DNA from: Candidatus Dojkabacteria bacterium
GTDB lineage: Bacteria; Patescibacteriota; Dojkabacteria; J137
Reading direction: 5' to 3'
NCBI GenBank assembly: GCA_040006935.1
Contig: JBDTVZ010000001.1
Location: 359,772-423,771 of the forward strand
DNA length: 64,000 bases
A program made the translations under genes and the position numbers. The notes beneath the pieces were generated by a model. It was not told the origin of the DNA, did not search any database, and saw only the letters and a list, made by a program, of their open reading frames with translations. Shown in pieces: positions 56,255 through 64,000 of this stretch. Every line of letters starts with the position of its first letter. The first letter of the stretch is position 1.

Positions 56255-57790
56255 ATGAATTATTATTCAACAATAGGTGATGAAGTTAAGCATTCAGCAG
56301 CTCATATTTTAGCTATGGCTGTATCGGAAATTTTCCCCGGAGTAAGAATAGGAGTAGGTCCAGTAACTAAGAGTGGTTTCTATTACGACTTCGAAATTCC
56401 TCAAGAACTCACACCAGAAGTTGTTTCACAGATTTTAGAAAAGACAAAAGAAATAGAAGATAGAAATTTGCCTTTCCAACAGCAACTACTTAATAGAGAG
56501 GCCGCACTGAATATGCTTATTCAAAAAGGACAAGGTTACAAGGCAGAGCTTCTAGGTATGATTCAAGACCCAGAGGTAAGTATTTATAAGACTGGTGACT
56601 CTTTTATAGATTTATGTAGAGGACCACACGTTGGCACAACTTCCGAAGTAGGACCAATTATAATTACAAAAATAGAGGACGTGCATTGGAACGAGGACCC
56701 ATCAAGACCAGTATTAAAGAGAATTCATGGAATGACCTTTAGAAATGATACCGAAGTGGCAGAGTATACCAATTTACAGAAATTAAAAGATGAGAGAGAT
56801 TTTATTAAGACTTCAATCCAGGATGGGTTTTTTGCTAAGAATAATGATAAAGTTCTAACAATTACAGATAAGGGAGCATTAATTATTGAGCGATTCAGAA
56901 AAGCTATATACAAGCACATTCTTTCCGATGAATCTATCGAATTACCCCTTTTCTTTATTCCTAAAAATCCTGACGAAATTAGTATCGCCTCAGATATTGC
57001 AGCACTTAGCAATCCAAGAAGCAGACAAGAGTATCCTATAGAGATGTTCGCATTTACACAGTGTGTTAACTTAAAAGTTAAAGATATTAGACAGCCATGT
57101 AGTAATGTATTTTTCTTTAAAAGCTATCATGCAGATACTGGAATGGTGCTAGGATTAGAGAGAATTGAAGATATTGTTAAGAGTTTGCTTATAGAATTTT
57201 CTAAATTATACATTGATGTTGAGTATTACAATGCAGAAGATCCTACATTCACTTCGGTTTCAAAGATTTTACAAAAGAACTTAATCTCACATACCAAGCT
57301 TATTTCTTCAGAAAGAGAAGAGATTATGCTAAGAATAAAAGCTAAGGATTCAATTGATAGAGAATGGGAAATAGCTACAATGAAAATTTATAATAAACCA
57401 TACAGTGCTTCCAATAAGATTGAGGTTAATATGATGGAATACTTTGTAAATTTGCTAAATTTAGTAGCATTCCACATTGAGGATACTAATGGAGAATTAT
57501 CTAAACAGACTTCACCCTACGAAGTAGTAATCATTCCTATTAAGAAGAAGCATATCGGTAGTGGTGCTGATCTAGAAAAGAAGATCCATGCCGCAGGACA
57601 TAGTGCGAGAATGCTTCAAACAACAAAGAGTTTAAACAATAGAATTAAAATAGCTGAAAATGCTAATCCAAGAGTAATCGGAGTCATTGGGGATAACGAA
57701 ATGGGTAAAGATACTGTAAACGTGAGAATAAATAAAATGAATCATGGTTTAATGAAGTTTGAAGATTTACTTAAAATTTTATCTAATTGA
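56255..57790 (+). CDS. thrS: threonyl-tRNA synthetase-like protein (no N1/TGS domain; divergent catalytic core; anticodon-binding domain present)
   Basis: N2/editing-like HSAAHILAMAV...GPVTKSGFYYDFEI, DLCRGPHV, LKRIHGMTF and C-terminal anticodon-binding domain; conserved thrS-infC-rpmI-rplT order. Confidence 0.7.
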   Translation: MNYYSTIGDEVKHSAAHILAMAVSEIFPGVRIGVGPVTKSGFYYDFEIPQELTPEVVSQILEKTKEIEDRNLPFQQQLLNREAALNMLIQKGQGYKAELLGMIQDPEVSIYKTGDSFIDLCRGPHVGTTSEVGPIIITKIEDVHWNEDPSRPVLKRIHGMTFRNDTEVAEYTNLQKLKDERDFIKTSIQDGFFAKNNDKVLTITDKGALIIERFRKAIYKHILSDESIELPLFFIPKNPDEISIASDIAALSNPRSRQEYPIEMFAFTQCVNLKVKDIRQPCSNVFFFKSYHADTGMVLGLERIEDIVKSLLIEFSKLYIDVEYYNAEDPTFTSVSKILQKNLISHTKLISSEREEIMLRIKAKDSIDREWEIATMKIYNKPYSASNKIEVNMMEYFVNLLNLVAFHIEDTNGELSKQTSPYEVVIIPIKKKHIGSGADLEKKIHAAGHSARMLQTTKSLNNRIKIAENANPRVIGVIGDNEMGKDTVNVRINKMNHGLMKFEDLLKILSN

Positions 57791-57927
57791 CAAAACATAG
57801 CAGAATTACGTTTTGCTATTGAGATACTGTCGATATTTTGATAAAATCACAGATGTTTAGTTAGATACTTCACCTTATAAAGATAGTAAGAAAGAATAAA
57901 AAATATAGTAGCGCACCTGTTGTAAAG

Positions 57928-58413
57928 ATTATAGCTAACGAAGCTATTACAACTCCTAGGCTTATGGTTATTGACGAATTAGGAAATAACCTTGGGGAAA
58001 TGGATAGATTAGATGCTTTGAATCTTGCTAAAAGTAAAGAGTTGGACTTGATTATAGTCTCAGCAAAAGAGGGTAGTGCAAGCGTTGCAAAGATTGGGGA
58101 TATTGCTAAATCTAAGTACGAAAAGACTAAAAAGTTAAGAAAAAGTAAAGGGAAGTCTTCTGAAATGAAGGAATGGTGGTTTAAACCATCAATTCAGGAA
58201 AGAGATTTAGTAATTAGATTAGAGAAAATTAAGAAATTTTTGAGTAAAGGTGGAACAGCAAAATTAACTGTTAAATTTGTTAAGAAAACAATGCCAGCCC
58301 AAATGGGTGAAACAATGGCAAAGATAACACAGAATATTAATATGTACGCAAAACCTATCTCAGATGTAGCAAGAGAAGGTAAAAATTTAAGCATAATAGT
58401 TAAAGCCTTATAA
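57928..58413 (+). CDS. infC: translation initiation factor IF-3, probably with a non-AUG (AUU/AUA) start upstream of the track ATG
   Basis: The in-frame upstream extension KIIANEAITTPRLMVIDE resembles the conserved IF3 N-terminus; IF3 genes classically start with AUU; exact start uncertain (57928-57964). Confidence 0.75.
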   Translation: MIANEAITTPRLMVIDELGNNLGEMDRLDALNLAKSKELDLIIVSAKEGSASVAKIGDIAKSKYEKTKKLRKSKGKSSEMKEWWFKPSIQERDLVIRLEKIKKFLSKGGTAKLTVKFVKKTMPAQMGETMAKITQNINMYAKPISDVAREGKNLSIIVKAL

Positions 58414-58414
58414 A

Positions 58415-58630
58415 ATGAAAGTAAAGAAATTTAAATTAAAAACACATAAATCTACAAGCAAAAGATTTAAACTTACAGGTACTGGTAAGGTAATTAGAAA
58501 AAAGCAACAAATGAGAAATAACGCACACAGAAAGAATAAATCTGCTGCACAAAGAAAGCTAAACCCAGAAGCATTTGTAATATCTGCTAAAGGTACAATT
58601 AAAAAGATTAAAAGACTTTTAAATCACTAA
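58415..58630 (+). CDS. rpmI: 50S ribosomal protein L35
   Basis: MKVKKFKLKTHKSTSKRFKLTGTGKV signature. Confidence 0.9.
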   Translation: MKVKKFKLKTHKSTSKRFKLTGTGKVIRKKQQMRNNAHRKNKSAAQRKLNPEAFVISAKGTIKKIKRLLNH

Positions 58631-58633
58631 AAT

Positions 58634-58975
58634 ATGAGAGTAAAACGAGGTTTAACAAAACAAAAAAGACATAAGAAAGTATTAAAACTTGCTAAAGGAT
58701 ATCGAATGACATATTCAAATTCTTTTAGAAGAGCTAAACAATTACTTCTACATTCTGGACAATACGAATATGCACATAGAAAGCATAGATCTGCACAAAT
58801 GAGACAGGAATGGATTAAAACGATCTCAGCTGGATTATCTGAGCATGGACTAAGCTATAGTAAATTTATTAATCTCTTAAATAAGAATAATATTAAGATT
58901 GACAGAAAGAACTTAGCAGAATTAGCAGTAACAAGACCAGAAAATTTTAATGCAATAGTAAAGTCTGTAGCATAA
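58634..58975 (+). CDS. rplT: 50S ribosomal protein L20
   Basis: MRVKRGLTKQKRHKKVLKLAKGY signature. Confidence 0.9.
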   Translation: MRVKRGLTKQKRHKKVLKLAKGYRMTYSNSFRRAKQLLLHSGQYEYAHRKHRSAQMRQEWIKTISAGLSEHGLSYSKFINLLNKNNIKIDRKNLAELAVTRPENFNAIVKSVA

Positions 58976-59001
58976 TTATCCATAACGCAAGAATTTAAAA
59001 A

Positions 59002-59025
59002 AGACCCGAGAGGGTCTTTTTTTTT
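59002..59025 (+). terminator. rho-independent terminator after rplT
   Basis: AGACCCGAGAGGGTCT hairpin followed by T9. Confidence 0.85.
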
Positions 59026-59035
59026 GTCATAGCGA

Positions 59036-59059
59036 CCTGCCTGACTGCGCACGCAGGCA
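59036..59059. repeat. hairpin CCTGCCTGACTGCGCACGCAGGCA
   Basis: Copy of 28083-28106. Confidence 0.6.
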
Positions 59060-59148
59060 TGGGGAGTCCCAGAGGGATGGCATACGGCCCCGAAACCACA
59101 CTTTTGTTTGGGCCGTTCTTATTAGCTTTGCTTATAAAAATGAAACAA

Positions 59149-59168
59149 GGGTCGCCAATTGACGACCC
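59149..59168. repeat. REP-like palindrome type 1 variant (GGGTCGCCAATTGACGACCC) just 3' of the PBP gene
   Basis: GC-rich hairpin with one mismatch, located after the end of a minus-strand gene. Confidence 0.65.
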
Positions 59169-59194
59169 TTCTTAACTGAATATCTTTTAATTTT

Positions 59195-62100
59195 TTACGG
59201 CGCTATCGTTATAGTTGTCGTATATACTCCAGGATCCGACGTAATTGTTCCACCTCCGCTAATACTTGCAGTAGCAAAGAACTGGTAATTACCTGGTACT
59301 AATCCTCCCCACGAGACAGATGCACCATTCCCCACCGCAGTAGTAACGCCATCTTTTATTTGCCATATTGTGAATCCAGATATTCCACCTGGATTTACTC
59401 CAGTGTAGCTGACAGTTAAGCTTCTAGTAGCGGGACAAGGAGGAGCTCCACTAATACTGCAAGAACCTGGTGCGGCAGGGGTAACAAAAACACTGAGTTT
59501 ATCTGTTGTACTGGATCCATTTATTACTGTAATACTTGCTGAGTATAGGCCTCCGTTTGTTACCGCAGTTAATGTATAACTTCCGGCATCTAAAGCAGGG
59601 ATAGGGCAGGTGACATCGAAATTAGGGTTGCCTGGAGCTATAGCTGCAGTACATCCTGCTAGAGATCTATTTCCCATTGTAAACGAAACGCTTGAAATAC
59701 CACCTCCCGAATCAAATGCTGTTCCTTTTATATTTATACTTCCAGAAACAGCTGCTCCATCACCTGGCGCATTTATAAATAATCCATTTCTGTTAACATT
59801 ACAGCTTGCTGTTGGTGCACCATTAAACGAACCTCTTCCTGTGAAGTCTTGATCTAATTGCGGTTGCCATGCTGCAACTGGATCAATATAGTATATAAAT
59901 TCTTTCTGTATTGACTTACCAGCATCTATGTCTATTTGTCTAGCTAGTCTATCTTGTTGATCTACACAAACTGTAGCTCTTATTTTTTTAGTATCTATTG
60001 GTGGGTTTTTTCCTTCAATCATCCAGCCAGAAGTTAAACCTTGGCATTCTCCCGCTGCATTACATCCACCTCCACCTTGAATAATATTTCCTGGTCGTGG
60101 GAATGAAGTTCGAGCAGAGAAGTAAGGGAAATCCCCAATTGCTCTTAAATAGTCGGAATACCATGGGCCTATTAAATAATAAGCATATCCGTAGTTTTCG
60201 TCCATTGGTACTTTTATATTATTCCCAACCCAGGCCAAGCTAACCATGTCTGGGGTAAATCCAACAAACCATGAGTCTTCGTTGTTATTTGTTGTTCCAG
60301 TTTTACCTGCGAATTCTCTTCCATCCCAAGATATATTATTTCCTGGAGGAACGTTCTTTAATATTTGATCAAGAATAAATATTGCTTGTGGATCTCCAAC
60401 TGGTGTTCTTTCCGGTGTTGCTTCGTAAACTGTCTTTCCATCTTTATCTACAATCTTTAATATTGGATTTACTTTTACTAAATCTCCATCGTTTGCAAAA
60501 ACTCCATAAGCTTGAGCGTGTTCAATTGGTTTAACAGAAACTCCTCCTAAAATGACGGCTTCTCCATAAGATCCTGTGTAAGTTGTATAACCAAATGATT
60601 TTGCAGTATCTATATAATTTTGAACTCCAATTGCTCCAACAACTTGAATAGCTGGAATATTTCGTGAATCAGCAAGTGCTTGTCCTGCTGTATAGGAAAT
60701 TCCTTTGTAAGCTCCATCCCAGTTTTTAGGGTCGTAGATATTACCATTTGCATCTACAATTTTTAATGGGAAGTCTGGGAGTAAACTTCCAGGAAAAAGC
60801 TTTCCTTCTTTAAAAGCAATGTAATATCCTAATGGTTTATTGGAAGATCCTGGTTCTCTAATAGATGTGAGTACATCTACTTCTGGGTCGAATTTGCACC
60901 CATTATCATCGCATCCGGAACTTTCTCCGTAAAAGTCTTTCGATCCAGCATAGGCAATAATTTGACCATTGTTTGGTGTAATTGAAACTAGAGCTGCATT
61001 ATTTGCATTCCAGTATGAGTAATCGTTTCCAGCATGAGCGACTGCGCCTTCTGCAATTTTTTGCACATTATAGTCCATTGTTGTATAGATTCTATATCCA
61101 CCAACTTGCAGATCTTGTCTTGTAAATGGTTCTGTTCCATTTTTATAGTTTCTTGTTTGTAGCTCTTGTATCACATAGTTTACAAAATGTCCGGCTAAAA
61201 TATCTGTTGCAACTGGTGGTTTTAAAACTGCTCTCCAATCCTCAGCTTTAGCTTGATCTACTAAATCGTCTGTTATTGTATTTAATTTACCATCGTCGTT
61301 GTAGTATTTTGCAAGGTCTGCATTGAATTTATCTTTGTTTGTTGCAAGCTGACCAAATACATAATCCATTCTTTCCTGAAGTCTTTCCTGAGATGCCTTT
61401 GTATCTTGATCGTAGGGAACAGTAGGGGATAGGTAACTTGGATTTTGTATTATAGATGCGAGCATTACAGCCTCCGCTATTGTTAAGTCTTTTGGTTCTT
61501 TTCTAAAATAGAAGTTTGCGGCAGCTTTTAGTCCTACTATTGAGGATCCATAAGGTGTTGCTCTTAAATACATTAATAGAATTTGTTCTTTCGGATAGCT
61601 TTGTTCAACTTTAGAAGCTAATAATAATTCTTCAATTTTTTGTTGAAGCTTAGATGAATCTTGATTTTGCCTAATTTGTGTTGTTAATTTAACTAACTGT
61701 TGTGTAATTGTACTGGCACCGCAGGGATTGCTTGAATCTTTTACATAATTAAGTCCGCACCTTAAAATAGCTGAGGGATCAAAACCTCCATGTTCAAAAA
61801 AGTTTGCGTCTTCCGCAGCTAAAAATGCGAGTTTTACGGTATCTGGTATTTCTGAAATTACAAAATTATCTGCGTTGTATTGACTGAAAATTCTGTAAAG
61901 CTTTGTTCCTCCTGTTCCGCCATCCATTGCGAGTCTATCGTAAATTTCGGAAGCGACTGGTAAGTCTTGAAAAACTGTATCTGGATTTGGTAATTTATCA
62001 TTTAAACTTTGAACGTAAGCAAAAAATCTTAAGCCTACTAAGAACAAGATAATAAAAAAAACTCCCATAGAAATGAGAAGGATTTTCTTCATTTTCTTTG

Positions 62101-62230
62101 AGAGTTTTATGCTTCTGGGTTTAAAGCTGATTAATTTTCTGTGGATTTTACCTTTGTTTTCTCTAACGATATCCATTCTTGATTTTACAAGTTTTGAATT
62201 TTTAGCTCGCGACAGATATACCTTTTTCAT
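59195..62230 (-). CDS. mrcA: class A penicillin-binding protein (GT51 transglycosylase plus transpeptidase) with an Ig/Fn3-like C-terminal extension
   Basis: GT51 motifs EDANFFEHGG and GASTITQQL; TPase SSNK (SxxK), SRN and KTGTT. Confidence 0.9.
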   Translation of the reverse strand: MKKVYLSRAKNSKLVKSRMDIVRENKGKIHRKLISFKPRSIKLSKKMKKILLISMGVFFIILFLVGLRFFAYVQSLNDKLPNPDTVFQDLPVASEIYDRLAMDGGTGGTKLYRIFSQYNADNFVISEIPDTVKLAFLAAEDANFFEHGGFDPSAILRCGLNYVKDSSNPCGASTITQQLVKLTTQIRQNQDSSKLQQKIEELLLASKVEQSYPKEQILLMYLRATPYGSSIVGLKAAANFYFRKEPKDLTIAEAVMLASIIQNPSYLSPTVPYDQDTKASQERLQERMDYVFGQLATNKDKFNADLAKYYNDDGKLNTITDDLVDQAKAEDWRAVLKPPVATDILAGHFVNYVIQELQTRNYKNGTEPFTRQDLQVGGYRIYTTMDYNVQKIAEGAVAHAGNDYSYWNANNAALVSITPNNGQIIAYAGSKDFYGESSGCDDNGCKFDPEVDVLTSIREPGSSNKPLGYYIAFKEGKLFPGSLLPDFPLKIVDANGNIYDPKNWDGAYKGISYTAGQALADSRNIPAIQVVGAIGVQNYIDTAKSFGYTTYTGSYGEAVILGGVSVKPIEHAQAYGVFANDGDLVKVNPILKIVDKDGKTVYEATPERTPVGDPQAIFILDQILKNVPPGNNISWDGREFAGKTGTTNNNEDSWFVGFTPDMVSLAWVGNNIKVPMDENYGYAYYLIGPWYSDYLRAIGDFPYFSARTSFPRPGNIIQGGGGCNAAGECQGLTSGWMIEGKNPPIDTKKIRATVCVDQQDRLARQIDIDAGKSIQKEFIYYIDPVAAWQPQLDQDFTGRGSFNGAPTASCNVNRNGLFINAPGDGAAVSGSINIKGTAFDSGGGISSVSFTMGNRSLAGCTAAIAPGNPNFDVTCPIPALDAGSYTLTAVTNGGLYSASITVINGSSTTDKLSVFVTPAAPGSCSISGAPPCPATRSLTVSYTGVNPGGISGFTIWQIKDGVTTAVGNGASVSWGGLVPGNYQFFATASISGGGTITSDPGVYTTTITIAP

Positions 62231-62591
62231 TGAGATTATTTAACTGTTAAGTTTAATGCATTACTGTTCATCCAATATACTAGTGTCTTCAAGTGTACAA
62301 AAAGTACGACATGAACACTGTTATTCATTATAGGAGTAAATGTGAAAAATTGAAATAGAGTATCGAAAAAAATAGGATAATCGGGTATAATCGGGATGTG
62401 AGTTTGAGTGGATGAGAGGTCTGGTTACGAGACTCGTAACTACTAAACTCATCATCCCGATAACTTTTAGGAGAGTTGATGCTTCGGCAAGCTCCATGCC
62501 AGAGGCAGGCAAGCAGCACAGGCTCCGTGGTCTAACGCGTCTAGGTGTAGGAAGGAAGGAGTTAGGTGTAATATTAGATAAGTAAATTATT

Positions 62592-62676
62592 GGAGAGTTG
62601 GCAGAGTGGTCTAACGCGTCCGTCTTGAAAACGGATGTCTCGCAAGGGACCGGGGGTTCGAATCCCTCACTCTCCG
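62592..62676 (+). tRNA. tRNA-Ser (anticodon UGA), type II
   Basis: GGAGAGT/ACTCTCC acceptor, anticodon loop CUUGAAA, long variable arm, GGGGG-TTCGAAT-CCCTC T-arm. Confidence 0.85.
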
Positions 62677-62783
62677 TTTTAATACGCACTATGTGCTTTG
62701 ACAAATAAATTCTTCTATAAAACGTCCATTGATATCCAAATAACTTTAAATTAAGATAGAATCAATATTTCTAATCTTCTTTT

Positions 62784-63860
62784 ATGGCTTTAGAAAATTC
62801 ACTTTACGATATAACTCAACCATTAAGATATAATCAACAGAATCCTCCTGCATCCGAAAGAATTCTAAAACTTCCAGACAGTCCCATTAAAACTAATATT
62901 TTTGGAAGAACATTAAATTCACCTTTAGGCATTCCTGCAAGTCCTTTAACTATGAGTCCTGAACGTATCAAAGATTTAGCTCTAAGAGGATATGATTTAA
63001 TAACGGTAAAAAGTTCAAGGAGTCATTTTCATACTGGAAACGATTTTCCGCATTGGATGTACGTGGATTCACCAAATCAGCTGACTGTTGCAAACTTCGA
63101 TGACGAGTTAATGGGAGATTTTAATCCTTTTGCGAACCAAGGAGTTTCTACTGCAAATAGTTTTGGCATTGCATCAGAAGATCCGAAAAAATGGATTGCG
63201 GATTTTGAGGAATCTCAGCAGTACATTGCACCAGGTCAGATTTTAATTTTATCTGTCATGCCAAGTACTTTACAAAGTGAAACTTTAATTGAAGATATTC
63301 AAAAATTAGCTTTGCAAATAGAGCAGACTACTGCAGAAATTATTGAACTCAATCTTGCTTGCCCTAACACTGGTGGGCATGGCTTAATTTATCAGGATTT
63401 AGAGCTTTCTACTAGGTTATTAAAAGAACTACAAAGACTTTTACCAGGTAGAAAAATCGTTGCAAAAATTGGGTATTATCCAAATCAAAGTGAGCTTGAG
63501 CAATTTATTTTTTTAAATCAGGAATTAGCTGGAATAGCTAGTACAAATACTTTTGCAATGAAGATTGTAGATAATCATGGAGCTCCAGCATTTGGAGAAA
63601 AAAGACTAAAAGCTGGAGTATCAGGAGCTACTATTAAAAACTTATCTTTACAACAAGCCGGGAATTTAGTTGATATTCGAAATAAATATGGATTAAAAGG
63701 GAGTATGTGGATTATTGGAATTGGGGGAATAGTTAAGCCTACGGATATTGAGCAGTACATGTATATTGCGAAAGTGGATGCTGTACAGTCCGCAGTTGGA
63801 GTTTGGAATAATCCTAACCTAGCAATTGATTATAGAAATTTACATATGCAAGAAGCGTGA
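62784..63860 (+). CDS. dihydroorotate dehydrogenase-family flavoenzyme (tentative)
   Basis: TIM-barrel DHOD-like motifs ELNLACPNTGGHG and IGIGGI. Confidence 0.55.
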   Translation: MALENSLYDITQPLRYNQQNPPASERILKLPDSPIKTNIFGRTLNSPLGIPASPLTMSPERIKDLALRGYDLITVKSSRSHFHTGNDFPHWMYVDSPNQLTVANFDDELMGDFNPFANQGVSTANSFGIASEDPKKWIADFEESQQYIAPGQILILSVMPSTLQSETLIEDIQKLALQIEQTTAEIIELNLACPNTGGHGLIYQDLELSTRLLKELQRLLPGRKIVAKIGYYPNQSELEQFIFLNQELAGIASTNTFAMKIVDNHGAPAFGEKRLKAGVSGATIKNLSLQQAGNLVDIRNKYGLKGSMWIIGIGGIVKPTDIEQYMYIAKVDAVQSAVGVWNNPNLAIDYRNLHMQEA

Positions 63861-64000
63861 TTTTAGACGACTGCATTACACCAAAGTTCCGCAGGCCAGA
63901 GGTGGCAAAACGGTCAGTATTTTGAAAAAACCTATCTGATATTTCTTATGACTTTACCACCTGTAGCACTCTTGTGGATGCTCCAGCTTGGAAATGTTGC

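Noticed and set aside
62321-62704. 127-aa minus-strand ORF
   Set aside because: It runs antisense through tRNA-Ser(UGA) and a repeat-rich intergenic region, with no coding signal; it overlaps ORF 62328..62519 similarly.

Overview
This is a low-GC (~33%), gene-dense bacterial segment whose composition and domain-reduced proteins (AlaRS without C-Ala, ThrRS without N1, UvrC without HhH) suggest a reduced-genome, CPR/Patescibacteria-like lineage; translation looks like standard code 11. Recognisable genes include murC-like, mraY, murA, pgeF-like, murB, class A PBP, nrdR-nrdJ, uvrC, an ATP-dependent DNA ligase, nth, mutL, alaS, clpP, thrS-infC-rpmI-rplT, a P-type ATPase, DedA, NUDIX, MBL, GNAT, SDR, DHODH-like, and five tRNAs plus one degenerate tRNA copy. 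The most striking content is a REP-like repeat system. Several families of short, GC-rich, GTAG-headed palindromes and MITE-like composite elements sit in intergenic regions, often directly 3' of stop codons. A single IS200/RAYT-like HuH-Y1 transposase gene lies between pgeF and murB, and it carries an in-frame 75-nt palindrome doublet of the same families inside its own coding sequence. Other second-look items are listed in the findings. They include a cassette bounded by inverted tRNA-Phe copies, 34-bp direct repeats flanking a Tat-signal HExxH protein gene, a kinase-like gene pair next to a PP2C-like gene, a domain-truncated uvrB fragment, a pilD N-terminal fragment, two adjacent >840-aa membrane proteins, and two neighbouring envelope proteins with cytoplasmic Thr-rich tails. 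NrdR operator boxes, a probable non-AUG infC start and two tRNA 5'-fragment duplications are also noted. All functional calls come from motif recognition in the translated ORFs; no database search was possible.
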